From Obrimoposthia wandeli (taxonomy: Eukaryota), in the NCBI GenBank assembly GCA_977020255.1, contig CDROCS010003167.1, positions 1-64,000 on the forward strand: 64,000 nucleotides of DNA, read 5' to 3'. Below are positions 10,522 through 20,407 of the stretch, piece after piece. Position numbers and translations under genes: made by a program. The notes below the pieces were generated by a model. That model worked only from the letters and a program-made list of their open reading frames with translations. It had not been told where the DNA came from and made no database searches. The first letter of the stretch is position 1. Every line of letters starts with the position of its first letter.

Positions 10522-12045
10522 ATGAAGATGATTTATACAATCAATAATAAGAAAGTGCTCGCACTTGCTGTTGCATCAGCATTAACTCTAACTGCCTGTG
10601 GTGGCGAGAGTGATTCTGGTGATGGCGGCTCTGATAGTGCTAAAGACGCAGCAGTATTGACATTCAATACTGAGGGTGCGACCGGATTTACCACAATGAC
10701 ACAGCCTATCCCATCATCAACTCAGAAGAACGGTTATGCAGCACAGCAATTCTCAGGTGAAGTAGTGGAAGCGCGAACACCTTTCCAGTGCGAATCGTTT
10801 ATGAAAAATGTTGGGACTGACGAAAATGGTATCGCTAGATTAGAACCTCTTTTTGAATTTGGAAGTGATGCAGATCTTGATAAGTTTGGTGCCGTTTGTG
10901 AAGTTCAGAGTGCTATTGCTACCGAGTCAAATTTATATCTTCAAGGGGAGTTTATGAACTTCAAAGTACCTGCCGTGGATGATATGGAAATAGGTTATAC
11001 ATTCCTAAACTGTAGCGTACTTAAGGTGCCAATGGCTGATGCTGGTGGCGATATCGAGTGTATCGCAAAAAGCAGGGAAACAGATGGCGAAATACTTGAG
11101 TATTCATATAGCGCCTTAACAGCAGATAGCAATGCCGATAGTATTTATTACTCTCGAAAAAGTATAGAAACGGAGAACTACTCACTCTTCAAATACAATG
11201 AAAATCAAAAGCTAACTGAATTGTTTAGTATTGCTACTAGTGACGCTCAGAAGGGTTTAAACGCTAGTGGCGACTATGAGGTTTACGTAACAAGCGGAGA
11301 TTACGTAGCTATTAACTATGGTGAAGGCATCGCTCTTGTGGATTCAGAAACCAAGGAAAGTAAGATAGTCTCTCTAGGGCACACTGGTTCGACTAATGCC
11401 AAGATGCTAGGGCTTAGTGGTAAGGTTGTTACAGAGCTAACTAGACCAAATTACGTAGGTAGCATGGTTATCGATCTTGAGAACGGTGAAATTGACTACC
11501 TAAGTTCTTCGGTTCGAATGGATAGATTTACGATGGGATCTGATGATAGTTCTGCTTGGACTGGTGCCCAGTATAACGATGAACTCATGTACCGCCTAGC
11601 CAGTTATGACGTAGAGGCAAACAAACTTAGAAAGGATTCATCTGACACTCTGCTAGCATTCGGTTTCGAGTTTGCGCGTGAAGCTAGTAAGCAGATGCCA
11701 AAAGACCAAGGTCTGTTCGTGAAGAGTAAGGTTGGTGACGAAAACTTCACATATGTACCTGTATCTGGTCAAAATAAATGGGGTGAGCTATTTGTATCCG
11801 CGGTTCACTACATTGATCTAGCTGATAATGAATATCACGATAAATCCAACCTATTAGATGCACTTGATTTAAGCGCATTTGAATACGTGGATCTACTAAG
11901 AGTTTATTCTGGTGGCCTAATCGTCAGTGGTAAGGGGCTAAATGGAGGCCGAGTTCGTGCGTACCTAGACCAACAAACACTGACTGAATACTTCCCTACT
12001 GGCCCAGTTGAGAGTATTCACACGCAGATTGATATCCTCCGTTAA
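10522..12045 (+). CDS. lipoprotein, paralogue of 36562-38136
   Basis: Lipobox LTAC followed by a Gly/Asp/Ser linker; shared blocks R.P.QCE.FM, LYL.G.F.NF.V and NCS.L.VPM...GDIECIA. Confidence 0.85.
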   Translation: MKMIYTINNKKVLALAVASALTLTACGGESDSGDGGSDSAKDAAVLTFNTEGATGFTTMTQPIPSSTQKNGYAAQQFSGEVVEARTPFQCESFMKNVGTDENGIARLEPLFEFGSDADLDKFGAVCEVQSAIATESNLYLQGEFMNFKVPAVDDMEIGYTFLNCSVLKVPMADAGGDIECIAKSRETDGEILEYSYSALTADSNADSIYYSRKSIETENYSLFKYNENQKLTELFSIATSDAQKGLNASGDYEVYVTSGDYVAINYGEGIALVDSETKESKIVSLGHTGSTNAKMLGLSGKVVTELTRPNYVGSMVIDLENGEIDYLSSSVRMDRFTMGSDDSSAWTGAQYNDELMYRLASYDVEANKLRKDSSDTLLAFGFEFAREASKQMPKDQGLFVKSKVGDENFTYVPVSGQNKWGELFVSAVHYIDLADNEYHDKSNLLDALDLSAFEYVDLLRVYSGGLIVSGKGLNGGRVRAYLDQQTLTEYFPTGPVESIHTQIDILR

Positions 12046-12066
12046 GCCTGCCTAAGTTATCAAACT

Positions 12067-12100
12067 AAAAGCCTATCAGTTTATTCTGATGGGCTTTTTT
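12067..12100 (+). terminator. intrinsic terminator
   Basis: aaaagcctatcag-tttatt-ctgatgggc followed by a T tract, downstream of the lipoprotein gene. Confidence 0.8.
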
Positions 12101-12244
12101 GATCTGCGACAAAAGAAAAATGTAATCATTTTACGTGTACTGCGGATTAGCTATTTCGCTTTCTTAAGGTCGTGATGAACTATCATCGTAGCCTTGGTTT
12201 ACGCTCTACCTGCAGGAGCTACTTGTGCGACAGGCCAGCAAAAC

Positions 12245-12278
12245 GCCTATAAAGTCTATATAGATGGACTTTATAGGC
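12245..12278. promoter_or_regulatory. probable HipB operator
   Basis: Perfect 12-bp inverted repeat GCCTATAAAGTC-N10-GACTTTATAGGC about 90 bp upstream of hipB. Confidence 0.65.
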
Positions 12279-12370
12279 ATCTATAGATAATATACCTGTA
12301 TGATCACGCTTATGAGTAGTCAGCCTAAACTAGGTTTCAGATTGATAGAAATACAGGGATACATAAAATC

Positions 12371-12679
12371 ATGGCTAAAACAGTTAAAGCGCTTGAAACA
12401 CCAGACCTCTCCCAGCGATTCACCACAACTCTTCTCGGTCAAGCAATCAGAGCAAAGCGAACTCAAAGCAAGTTAACACAAGCTGATGCAGCGGACTTAT
12501 GTGGTATATCCAAACAAACCTACGTGAACATTGAGCAAGGAAAGGGGGATGTTAGGTTGTCCTCAATCATCGAGGTCGTTGCCGGGCTTGGTATTAAGAT
12601 TAATATCGCCCCGTGGCAAGATTTGTCGGGTAAAACACCAGTAACAGAAATAGATGGAGTAGATGATGACTGGGTTTAA
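12371..12679 (+). CDS. hipB: HipB-like XRE HTH antitoxin
   Basis: LTQADAADLCGISKQTYVNIEQG HTH; overlaps hipA. Confidence 0.85.
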   Translation: MAKTVKALETPDLSQRFTTTLLGQAIRAKRTQSKLTQADAADLCGISKQTYVNIEQGKGDVRLSSIIEVVAGLGIKINIAPWQDLSGKTPVTEIDGVDDDWV

Positions 12680-13982
12680 TGGATATGAATTGGATGTTAT
12701 TTATAGTGGCGCGATCATAGCCAAGCTTCAGCTTAGCCGAGAAACCAGTGAGCTAGGCTTAATTTATAGTGACGCTTGGGTGGCCAATGGCTTCCCTATA
12801 TCTCCCCCACTCGGTTTATCTGATGATATACGGCCGTCATCGATCCGAAAATACTTAGAAAACCTACTACCTGAAAACCAAGGTCTTGATTACCTGATTG
12901 AGCACCTTGGGGTTTCGAGAAAAAATGTATTCTCCTTAATTAAGGGCATAGGTGTTGATACATCAGGCGCAGTAATGTTCGTCATGAACTACATCGAAAG
13001 TCAGGTGGAGACAACATTCAGACCTATTGATGATGCCGAATTGATTATGAGATTATCAGATCCAACGGTTTGGAAGATGGAAATTTGGGACGATAAACCG
13101 AGGCTATCTGTCGCCGGTGTACAGTCAAAAATAAACGTCCTGAAAATGAATGACCAATTAGGTTTTGGTGACGGTGATTTGTGCTCAACACACATCATTA
13201 AATTCGAGAAGAATGACCAGCAGCACCTCGTCCTTAATGAGTTCCTTACAATGAACCTCGCGAAATCAGTCGGCTTGGATGTTGCTAATGTTGAATTTAG
13301 ATACTTCGGACAGTATCCAGCCCTGCTAGTCGAGCGCTTTGACCGCAAGCTTGTCGGTAGCGTTGTTAAGCGTAGGCACGTAATTGACTCCTGCCAAGCG
13401 CTAGATGCCTCTGTCGATATGAAGTATGAACGTAATTTGGGAGGCCAGAGAGATGTTAAGCACATACGTGATGGAGTAAGCTTGTCTCGCTTGTTTGGTT
13501 TAGCTGAGCTTTGTGAAAACCCTATAGCTACAAAGCTAGCACTTCTAAATTGGACGTTGTTTAATCTTTGTGTTTTTAACTGTGATTCACACGGTAAGAA
13601 CTTTAGCTTTTTTGTTACCAAGAATGGACTTAAAGCGACTCCACTGTATGACTTGGTTAACGTGCGGATGTATCCAGAGTTTGAGCAAGATTTAGCGATG
13701 GCTTTAGGTGATGAGTTTGATTCAGATACTGTTAACGCATATCAGCTGGTGGACTTCGCAGAGGACTGCAATATAAACCGCAGGCTTCTACGCCGCAGTT
13801 TGGTCATGATGGCCGAGCAAGTGCTCTCAGGGCTTGGTATGTTTGATGCTGCAATGGATACAGTGGGCACCCCTGCTAGTGAGTCTCAAGAAGAGTATAT
13901 AGCTCGCTATAAAGATGTCGTCACACTTAGGTGTAGCCATCTTATCGAGCAATCACATATTATTGATGACATAGAACTTTAA
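12663..13982 (+). CDS. hipA: HipA toxin (Ser/Thr kinase, N-terminal couple domain plus C-terminal kinase)
   Basis: Motifs SVAGVQSK, HIIKF, NEFLTMNLA, LLVERFDR, NCDSHGKNFS, TPLYD. Confidence 0.95.
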   Translation: MMTGFNGYELDVIYSGAIIAKLQLSRETSELGLIYSDAWVANGFPISPPLGLSDDIRPSSIRKYLENLLPENQGLDYLIEHLGVSRKNVFSLIKGIGVDTSGAVMFVMNYIESQVETTFRPIDDAELIMRLSDPTVWKMEIWDDKPRLSVAGVQSKINVLKMNDQLGFGDGDLCSTHIIKFEKNDQQHLVLNEFLTMNLAKSVGLDVANVEFRYFGQYPALLVERFDRKLVGSVVKRRHVIDSCQALDASVDMKYERNLGGQRDVKHIRDGVSLSRLFGLAELCENPIATKLALLNWTLFNLCVFNCDSHGKNFSFFVTKNGLKATPLYDLVNVRMYPEFEQDLAMALGDEFDSDTVNAYQLVDFAEDCNINRRLLRRSLVMMAEQVLSGLGMFDAAMDTVGTPASESQEEYIARYKDVVTLRCSHLIEQSHIIDDIEL

Positions 13983-13990
13983 TCCCGCTC

Positions 13991-14029
13991 AAGCACCAAG
14001 TTAACCGTCTAAAGGTTAACTTGGTGCTT
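13991..14029. terminator. bidirectional terminator-like hairpin
   Basis: Perfect 16-bp stem aagcaccaagttaacc / ggttaacttggtgctt between convergent genes. Confidence 0.75.
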
Positions 14030-14042
14030 ATGATATGGAACG

Positions 14043-14330
14043 CTAAACCTCTACCTCATATGGTTCTATGACTAAGTTAGATTGCGTAAGCCTGTTTGAG
14101 TTTAGCTCAGCCAATACTGCCTCCGCCTTGCCTTTGCTTGCCAGTGACCAGAATGTTGTGCGGCCGCTAGATGCCGTGACCTCGAAGCCAGAAACCTGCT
14201 TATCTCTATTTTTCCTCAAGCGCGTGACGTAGTGGCTATTAGCTGAGTTTGCGCCGACTTTCAGTCTGTATCGAGTTTTAGTTGTAGGTTTTGGGTTGAG
14301 AGATTTCTCTGGTGATGCATTGCAATTCAT
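14043..14330 (-). CDS. hypothetical protein
   Basis: 95-aa ORF directly behind a shared promoter element. Confidence 0.7.
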   Translation of the reverse strand: MNCNASPEKSLNPKPTTKTRYRLKVGANSANSHYVTRLRKNRDKQVSGFEVTASSGRTTFWSLASKGKAEAVLAELNSNRLTQSNLVIEPYEVEV

Positions 14331-14353
14331 TTCTTGAGCGCCTTAACTTTTTA

Positions 14354-14429
14354 GAGGGAAACCACTTCCCCCTCGACCTGTAACCAATTATACAGGTCAC
14401 GAGAAAAAGAGCAACTGTTTTCGAAAACA
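14354..14429 (-). promoter_or_regulatory. shared promoter element with GTGGT-loop hairpin
   Basis: TGTTTTCGAAAACA-g-TTGCTC-16bp-TATAAT...ACAGGT..GGGAA-GTGGT-TTCCC. Confidence 0.85.
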
Positions 14430-14686
14430 ATGTTTTGTGCGTTATCCCACCAGCAGCTAATACTGCTGATTATTCGAATTTCTCACCTGTTGCTTTTATG
14501 CGATAGTGCACTAGCTATGTCCGGCCATATTATACGCGGTTATATTATACTCGGTCATTTTACGCCTCACACCGGCTTGTGGTATTATAGGTTTTCAACG
14601 AGGCGGTCCATGCTTAAACTCCAGATGAGCCATTACTTACCTCTAAATATTTTTATAACTCTATGAAATAGAAACATAAGGCTAAG

Positions 14687-15268
14687 ATGTTACAAAAAAT
14701 AAAAACAGAGAACCTATCTTCAGTTCCAAAAGAAGATGTGTTAGTAGCGGAGTGCAGTCAGCACGCGCCAAAGAAAGGTGGCTCAGTTACTCGCAGTCCG
14801 CGTAAGAAAAGAGTAAACCTCATAACCTTGGAAAAATGCAAAACAGTTGCACTGGAATTCCATACAAGAACATCATTCCAGCAAGCGGAACCACTCGTTT
14901 ACAAAACAGCAAAAGAAAACGGCTGGCTAGAGGAGTGTTATGCGCATATGCGAAAAAAGGGTGAATGGACGCTAGAAGAGTGCATCCTGAGCGCCGAAAA
15001 GTACAAAACACTTAGTCAGTGGGAAAGGGGCGCTGGTGGCAGCTTCCGTTTTGCGAAGAAAAAGGGGTGGACCAGTAAATGCACAGCCCACATGATTGTT
15101 AAGGTGTCTTGGACGAAAGAATTATGTATGGAAAGTTCTGCTGGTTTCCTTACGAAATCAGACTGGCGATGCGCAATACCCGGTGCATATCAACAAGCAT
15201 ATATCCAAGGTTGGATGAAAGAGTGCTGCAAACATATGCCAAAGCCAGCGGAAAGACGATTTAATTAG
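14687..15268 (+). CDS. protein of three ~47-aa tandem repeats (W/I-T-x-E-x-C...GW...C-x-HM)
   Basis: Repeats visible in the translation; resembles repeat domains seen in phage and homing-endonuclease-associated proteins. Confidence 0.75.
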   Translation: MLQKIKTENLSSVPKEDVLVAECSQHAPKKGGSVTRSPRKKRVNLITLEKCKTVALEFHTRTSFQQAEPLVYKTAKENGWLEECYAHMRKKGEWTLEECILSAEKYKTLSQWERGAGGSFRFAKKKGWTSKCTAHMIVKVSWTKELCMESSAGFLTKSDWRCAIPGAYQQAYIQGWMKECCKHMPKPAERRFN

Positions 15269-15369
15269 GATAGCCACTTGCGCCAACGCTATTACAGGCC
15301 ATGCCACAAGCTCTAGCAAAGTCCATAAACCATGTTGGAGCGGTTAGCTACAAGAATTAAGGTGACGAA

Positions 15370-15939
15370 ATGTCCAGAGGAAGAAAAACAAACCAGCAGA
15401 ATAGAGCTAAGCCTAACTACGAAACAGCAGTTATTGACACCAGTGCTATCTTGATTGGTTTTAAGCGTTTAGAGATTCTCTCAGGCGCAATGAGCGCCAC
15501 TAAAGATAACTATATCAAAGAGGTTCGCACTCAGATTATAACTTCTGAATTAGATAAGGAGATCTTGACGAATAAATACTTGGTCCTACATCAAGTCGCG
15601 CAAGAATGTGACTTTGCCTATTCCGGTTTCCGCCGCGGCATAAAGGTGATGGATATAGCCAGCACAAGAATTATCGCTTATTCCAGTCCAGCACTTATCG
15701 TAGCGGTAGAGTGCCTTAGAGGCCGAATGGATGCACACAAACAGCGCACTGATTACGCTAAGTTACGATTTGAGAAAAGTGTGGCAACAGGTAACGTTCG
15801 TTGCGATACTCTTTTTTCTCACTTGGAATACGGTAGATTCGAAGATACGCTTACAAGCCTTTACGACCAGATATCAGCTGGATTTGACCTGAGGCTAGCA
15901 AAGCGCTTTTATGCATCCGCAGTACGAGAAGACTTTTGA
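15370..15939 (+). CDS. hypothetical protein
   Basis: 189-aa ORF, basic N-terminus, AAGGTG RBS. Confidence 0.75.
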   Translation: MSRGRKTNQQNRAKPNYETAVIDTSAILIGFKRLEILSGAMSATKDNYIKEVRTQIITSELDKEILTNKYLVLHQVAQECDFAYSGFRRGIKVMDIASTRIIAYSSPALIVAVECLRGRMDAHKQRTDYAKLRFEKSVATGNVRCDTLFSHLEYGRFEDTLTSLYDQISAGFDLRLAKRFYASAVREDF

Positions 15940-15983
15940 CAATAATGTTATTCCTTGCTGTGAAATTGTAAACTAAAATCAAA

Positions 15984-16619
15984 ATGAAAGTGTTGGATTT
16001 GCACTCAAAGCTACAGATTGGTAAATACGCAGATGAGAATAATTTGGAAATTAAAGGTTACTTGGCCTCCGGACGGAACGGCCATGTTTACCAGACCGTC
16101 TGCGGCAAGGCATTGAAGTTGACAACTGATCTTGCTGAGGTCCATAATTCGCTTCGGTTAAGCTCGTTGTCACTGGATAATGTGGTGAATTTCTACAATT
16201 TTACTGAAGTTGGTGTTAGAGAATTCATTATAGAGATGGAACTCCTCGACACTAATGGCGTAGAGGCCACTTTTGATGAGCTAGAGTGCGCTTTGGATGA
16301 GGCGGATGGGGATTTGCTCGATTGCGAGCTTGATGGCTTTAATGTATCGCTTGAGGCCGAGAAAATGCTAGTAGATCTTAAAGCCGCCGTAGCTGACGCT
16401 GGTTCTTACAAAGTAGCACTTACGGATATCCATGAGGGAAATATCGGCCGAACTGCTTCAGGTGATTATAAGGTTTTTGATCAGCGGACGTTGAACATGA
16501 GTGATGTGAAATTAATGAACCAACTTAGCTCCATGCACGATGACTTTAAGCTATGCAAAAAAGAAGCAGTTCCAGCTGTTGAGCTGTCCAGTTCTCTGCC
16601 AGCTAAGAATGCGTTATAG
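15984..16619 (+). CDS. protein kinase-like fold protein
   Basis: Gly loop LASGRNGHVY, ALK lysine, catalytic TDIHEGNI and VFD metal-binding motif. Confidence 0.7.
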   Translation: MKVLDLHSKLQIGKYADENNLEIKGYLASGRNGHVYQTVCGKALKLTTDLAEVHNSLRLSSLSLDNVVNFYNFTEVGVREFIIEMELLDTNGVEATFDELECALDEADGDLLDCELDGFNVSLEAEKMLVDLKAAVADAGSYKVALTDIHEGNIGRTASGDYKVFDQRTLNMSDVKLMNQLSSMHDDFKLCKKEAVPAVELSSSLPAKNAL

Positions 16620-16694
16620 GTGACATAGCCAAAGAGACAAGCCGCTAACAAAGGTTGTGACGGCTTAGTCTCAGAGTCGCTAGCGGAGGTTAGC

Positions 16695-17624
16695 TTAGCT
16701 TACCTTGCGCAGAGCTTCACGCAGCATATCCATCTTGACGGTCATGCCGGTGTAGCATCGGTTAGCACTTGAATAATCGTTAATATTTACCAGCTCATCG
16801 CCCATGCTAAGCGATTCAGCCAATCTGTCGAGATAAGGGCTTCCTTGCTCTAGTAATCGAGGTTCTTGAAGTCCGATTTTGATCGCGCGTTCGATATCGG
16901 CGTGAAGCCCCGTCTTTAACAGCTCAGCCATAAACTCAGAGCCCTCTTCAAACATTCCGCACTCGGTCATTGACCATTCAAATGGAAGTTTGGCGGCTTC
17001 ACGGAATGAGGTGGTCGATACCGAATCAGAACTACTTTCAGCTAAGTAAGAGCCAGTAAGTGAGCAATACTCGAAATACGCACCAGTGTGGCGGCAAACG
17101 ATCACGTAATTGCAATCTGTATCTTTGTCATAATCACTGTCATGCATCGAGTCAAAAATATGGATCCAGCGAAAATCATCTGTCGATTCAACCCACTTAC
17201 CATTGTCATCCGTTTTCTTGATCATATCTAATTTTTCTAGATAAAACTCAAACAATAGATTGTTTGGTACGATGGATAGCTCATGTTTGCTGAGGTGCAG
17301 TGGTTTTTCTAGGTGGTTAAACTCAACCTCGTAAAGCATTCCGCCTTTAGCATTGTGACGATTAATAACCGTGCCTACAAGGCCATCGCGAGTGTAAACA
17401 CTTGAACTTGGCTGAATATCACTTTCGACTAGGCCTGATTCAGGTAATGATAAAGGGTTTGGTTTTAAATTTTGAATTTTCTCCACCAGCAAGCTCGTAA
17501 TTTCTTTTGTGGCAAACATGTAAGCTTTTTCGGTCGTTCCTGTCACGAAAACACCCGTGATGTCCATCTGCCCATCGTCCACAAGCTGCTCAATATTTTT
17601 AAATATATCTTTAATTTTTATCAT
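16695..17624 (-). CDS. hypothetical protein
   Basis: 309-aa ORF. Confidence 0.75.
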   Translation of the reverse strand: MIKIKDIFKNIEQLVDDGQMDITGVFVTGTTEKAYMFATKEITSLLVEKIQNLKPNPLSLPESGLVESDIQPSSSVYTRDGLVGTVINRHNAKGGMLYEVEFNHLEKPLHLSKHELSIVPNNLLFEFYLEKLDMIKKTDDNGKWVESTDDFRWIHIFDSMHDSDYDKDTDCNYVIVCRHTGAYFEYCSLTGSYLAESSSDSVSTTSFREAAKLPFEWSMTECGMFEEGSEFMAELLKTGLHADIERAIKIGLQEPRLLEQGSPYLDRLAESLSMGDELVNINDYSSANRCYTGMTVKMDMLREALRKVS

Positions 17625-17698
17625 TTTTTGCCCTTACAGCCTTACAGCTTCTTGTTGGTTGGTTTACTCAAAGTTCAACCTGATGGAGGTAATATTAC

Positions 17699-18226
17699 TT
17701 ATTCTAGGATGTTTTTTAGATTAGGTAATGATATATGGAATTTAGACAAATCTTTTGCTTTGATCTTGTCTTTTAAGTCCTGTGACGTTTTTTCGTCAAC
17801 TTCGATCAGAAAGTTAATCACTTGAGAGTCATCACTTTCAAACAGTTTGCTAAGTAATTCATCTTTAAGCTCACCCGTTGCGTTGCAGCTTTCGCAGTAC
17901 GCATAGCATGAAACCCCGTAGTCAGAGTGTTTTAATGCTAAGGATTTGAAAAGTTCGTAATTGATTTTATTTCTCATCAAAAGACTATCAAGCATATACC
18001 AGCCACAGTCATCGTGAGACTCTTCTTCTTCCATGATCTTGATAAGATTAACAAGAGTTGGTTCATCGTATCCACAAAGGTACGACGCGGCCTTTAATAC
18101 ACCACCGTATGACTCTTGAGCCTGCTGAGGGCTAAGCTTGAACATTGAGCTGAATAATGCTCCGGCTTCTTGTGCAACGATGCCGCTTAACTCACTAGAG
18201 CCATCATTATCTTGGTTTAATAACAT
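17699..18226 (-). CDS. hypothetical protein
   Basis: 175-aa ORF in a same-strand operon. Confidence 0.7.
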   Translation of the reverse strand: MLLNQDNDGSSELSGIVAQEAGALFSSMFKLSPQQAQESYGGVLKAASYLCGYDEPTLVNLIKIMEEEESHDDCGWYMLDSLLMRNKINYELFKSLALKHSDYGVSCYAYCESCNATGELKDELLSKLFESDDSQVINFLIEVDEKTSQDLKDKIKAKDLSKFHISLPNLKNILE

Positions 18227-18244
18227 ATAAGTTTCCTGCGTTGG

Positions 18245-18667
18245 TTAAGTTAGTTTCGTTACAAGCTCAGATAAGCGCGTGAACTCGTTGTTGTCTTCTT
18301 TAATCTCGGCCGTATCGATAAGTAACGTGGCAATCGTGAATTCACGAATATTTCGTTGTTCAGACCTTGGAAGTTGCTCGAAAGTTTTACCACGAAAACT
18401 TTCAAGGTTACCGTCTTTTGGATACGCATATTCAGAGCGTACAAAGCAAAGGATACCCTGCAAGAAATGACTACCGTTATGTACGTGCCATACGCCTGTT
18501 TTATCCTCTGCTATAGTGATACTTGGGACGATGCGACCGCATAGCATATCTAAACTATCAACAATGTGCTGCTCTTTAAAAGCCTCGCTACGAGTAAACA
18601 CTAATTCATCATATTTAAGGCGTTCGCTAAATAGATTGACGATAGGGTTAAGGTTGCGCATTCTCAT
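18245..18667 (-). CDS. degenerate DUF262 (ParB/Srx-fold)-like protein
   Basis: IVDSL..GRIVPSITIAE..G.WHVHNGSHFL..I..FV...L..FRGKTFEQLP..EQRNI mirrors the DUF262 layout, but DGQQR is replaced by NGSHF. Confidence 0.55.
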   Translation of the reverse strand: MRMRNLNPIVNLFSERLKYDELVFTRSEAFKEQHIVDSLDMLCGRIVPSITIAEDKTGVWHVHNGSHFLQGILCFVRSEYAYPKDGNLESFRGKTFEQLPRSEQRNIREFTIATLLIDTAEIKEDNNEFTRLSELVTKLT

Positions 18668-18743
18668 ATTCAGTATCCTATTAAAACAGTATTAGATATT
18701 AATTTTAGCTAAAGAACCGCGCCGTGGCAGCTCTTTAGCTAGA

Positions 18744-19124
18744 TTAGCAACAAGGCATGTCGCCAACAGATTTGAATTCTTGTTCGTGGTACTCTTCGCT
18801 TGAACCGAAAATCAGGAAAGCAACGCCACTCCAAAGGACGTAAACAACCTTGTCATCGAGGTCTACGGCACGGTACACCTTGCCGATACCTCGGTTAGGT
18901 CGAGTGCTATTAAACAATTCTAGTTGATCATCTTTTGTAATCACATCACCATTATATTCGTGAGTCAAAACCCACTCATCGCCACCTGAAATTTGCTCCC
19001 AGCTATAGCCGTAATGAGCAACACCCGTATGCCCAGTGTGGTGAGCCTCTGGCCAAGGGAAGTATGCTTCGAGAGTGAACTCAAGGCAGACTTCTCTATT
19101 GCTGTCAGTCTTAGTAATGGTCAT
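18744..19124 (-). CDS. hypothetical protein
   Basis: 126-aa ORF with AAGGAG RBS behind a shared promoter element. Confidence 0.75.
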   Translation of the reverse strand: MTITKTDSNREVCLEFTLEAYFPWPEAHHTGHTGVAHYGYSWEQISGGDEWVLTHEYNGDVITKDDQLELFNSTRPNRGIGKVYRAVDLDDKVVYVLWSGVAFLIFGSSEEYHEQEFKSVGDMPCC

Positions 19125-19169
19125 GTGAACTCCTTAATTGCAAAGTGGGTAATCTCTAACTTGATACCT

Positions 19170-19212
19170 ATTATACAGAGCACCCTGATAATAGCAACTG
19201 TTTTTGAAAACA
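19170..19212 (-). promoter_or_regulatory. shared promoter element (no hairpin)
   Basis: TGTTTTCAAAAACA-g-TTGCTA-16bp-TATAAT. Confidence 0.8.
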
Positions 19213-19248
19213 AATGATAATTAACTTAGTAAGAAAGAATGTATTCCG

Positions 19249-19572
19249 CTAGTCGTTCAGCAAAGTATAGTGCCTGTCGATCAAGATGAATGACTCACCT
19301 GTAGCGTGACTAATAGCGCCACATTTCTTTTTAACTGGACCAGAAAGGACAAACTTGATTCCAATGCCAGTTTTCTTTAGTGATACACGCTCAACAACGA
19401 TAATTTTTCCGTTGTCAGTGCAAGAATTAACAACCATTTCATCACCAACTTTGACTGGACAATGCTGTTCGCAGATACGTTTGGCCTGCTCGGCCATTAA
19501 TGTTTCGATCTGTTTTTTTTGGTTTGCAAGGTCATTTAATTTTAATAATTCATTTCTCATAAAAATTGCCAA
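19249..19572 (-). CDS. hypothetical protein
   Basis: 107-aa ORF. Confidence 0.65.
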   Translation of the reverse strand: MAIFMRNELLKLNDLANQKKQIETLMAEQAKRICEQHCPVKVGDEMVVNSCTDNGKIIVVERVSLKKTGIGIKFVLSGPVKKKCGAISHATGESFILIDRHYTLLND

Positions 19573-19632
19573 TATAGTTCTAAGTAGTTGCTGGTGTCTT
19601 GGCGCGGATCAACCGCACCAAGTCAATATTAT

Positions 19633-20226
19633 CTAATCACGATAAACATCTTCTGACTCGTTGAACGGTTCACTCCGGTCAAATGTGATGCCACCAGAAA
19701 CAATGCCAACTCTAGCCGCCTCGGGAAGATCGCAGTGATTAGCTGAACTTTGCGACACGCAATCAATAACTGTATGTTTGAACATTTCCGCACAGCAATC
19801 TTCTAGTGATGAAGCCCAAGGTCTTGGATTTGGGTTCTCAGGAATAAGAATATCTCTTACAGACTGAACCATGTCATCAGTTAGGCTTTCGTTAAGGAAT
19901 AGGCGTAAGTTAGCTTTAATGCTTAGCTCTATGTCATCTCGAGTCAACCTGACACCTGTAGTGAAGCTTTGATCTGCGTCAGGCACGTAGAGATCAATGT
20001 TAAGGATAGCATCATCATTCGTTATAGTTTCTTTAACCACTTGCATTTCTATAGCTGGATCCGCTTCATGTCGTTTTAAGGCTAGATTTTTGATAGATTT
20101 GATAAGAAAGTCTAATTCGAATGGGTCATCATCGAGTAATGAATTATAAATCGAATTGATAACTTCGTTCGACATATAGCTTTTTACTGCTATGTGCAGT
20201 GTAACTGGAAGAGATATGATTAACAT
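19633..20226 (-). CDS. hypothetical protein
   Basis: 197-aa ORF behind a shared promoter element. Confidence 0.7.
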   Translation of the reverse strand: MLIISLPVTLHIAVKSYMSNEVINSIYNSLLDDDPFELDFLIKSIKNLALKRHEADPAIEMQVVKETITNDDAILNIDLYVPDADQSFTTGVRLTRDDIELSIKANLRLFLNESLTDDMVQSVRDILIPENPNPRPWASSLEDCCAEMFKHTVIDCVSQSSANHCDLPEAARVGIVSGGITFDRSEPFNESEDVYRD

Positions 20227-20250
20227 ATTGATACTTAACCTTTTACTTTA

Positions 20251-20323
20251 GAGAGGTACCACACCTCTCTACCTGTAGCTATAATAACACGGGGTTACTT
20301 TAATGCAAGTGTTTTTGAAAACA
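20251..20323 (-). promoter_or_regulatory. shared promoter element with GTGGT-loop hairpin
   Basis: TGTTTTCAAAAACA-c-TTGCAT-16bp-TATTAT-AGCTACAGGT-GAGAGGT-GTGGT-ACCTCTC. Confidence 0.85.
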
Positions 20324-20407
20324 CCAGTGGTTTAAGTGGAGGCTATAGCACTTGAGATCTGTAGCTCGGTACAAGTGTTGCCGCACCAAGCCTGTGCTTA
20401 ATATAGG

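Noticed and set aside
13001-13621. 206-aa antisense ORF in hipA, and the similar shadow ORFs across the window (for example 4046, 4983, 23420, 31665, 37574, 53591, 57430, 60088)
   Set aside because: They lie opposite or out of frame within well-supported genes and lack RBSs or motifs
14378-14395. LexA/SOS box (CTGT...ACAG) over a -10 element
   Set aside because: The spacing is CTG-N12-CAG, not the CTG-N10-CAG of LexA boxes, and it is absent from the other promoter copies
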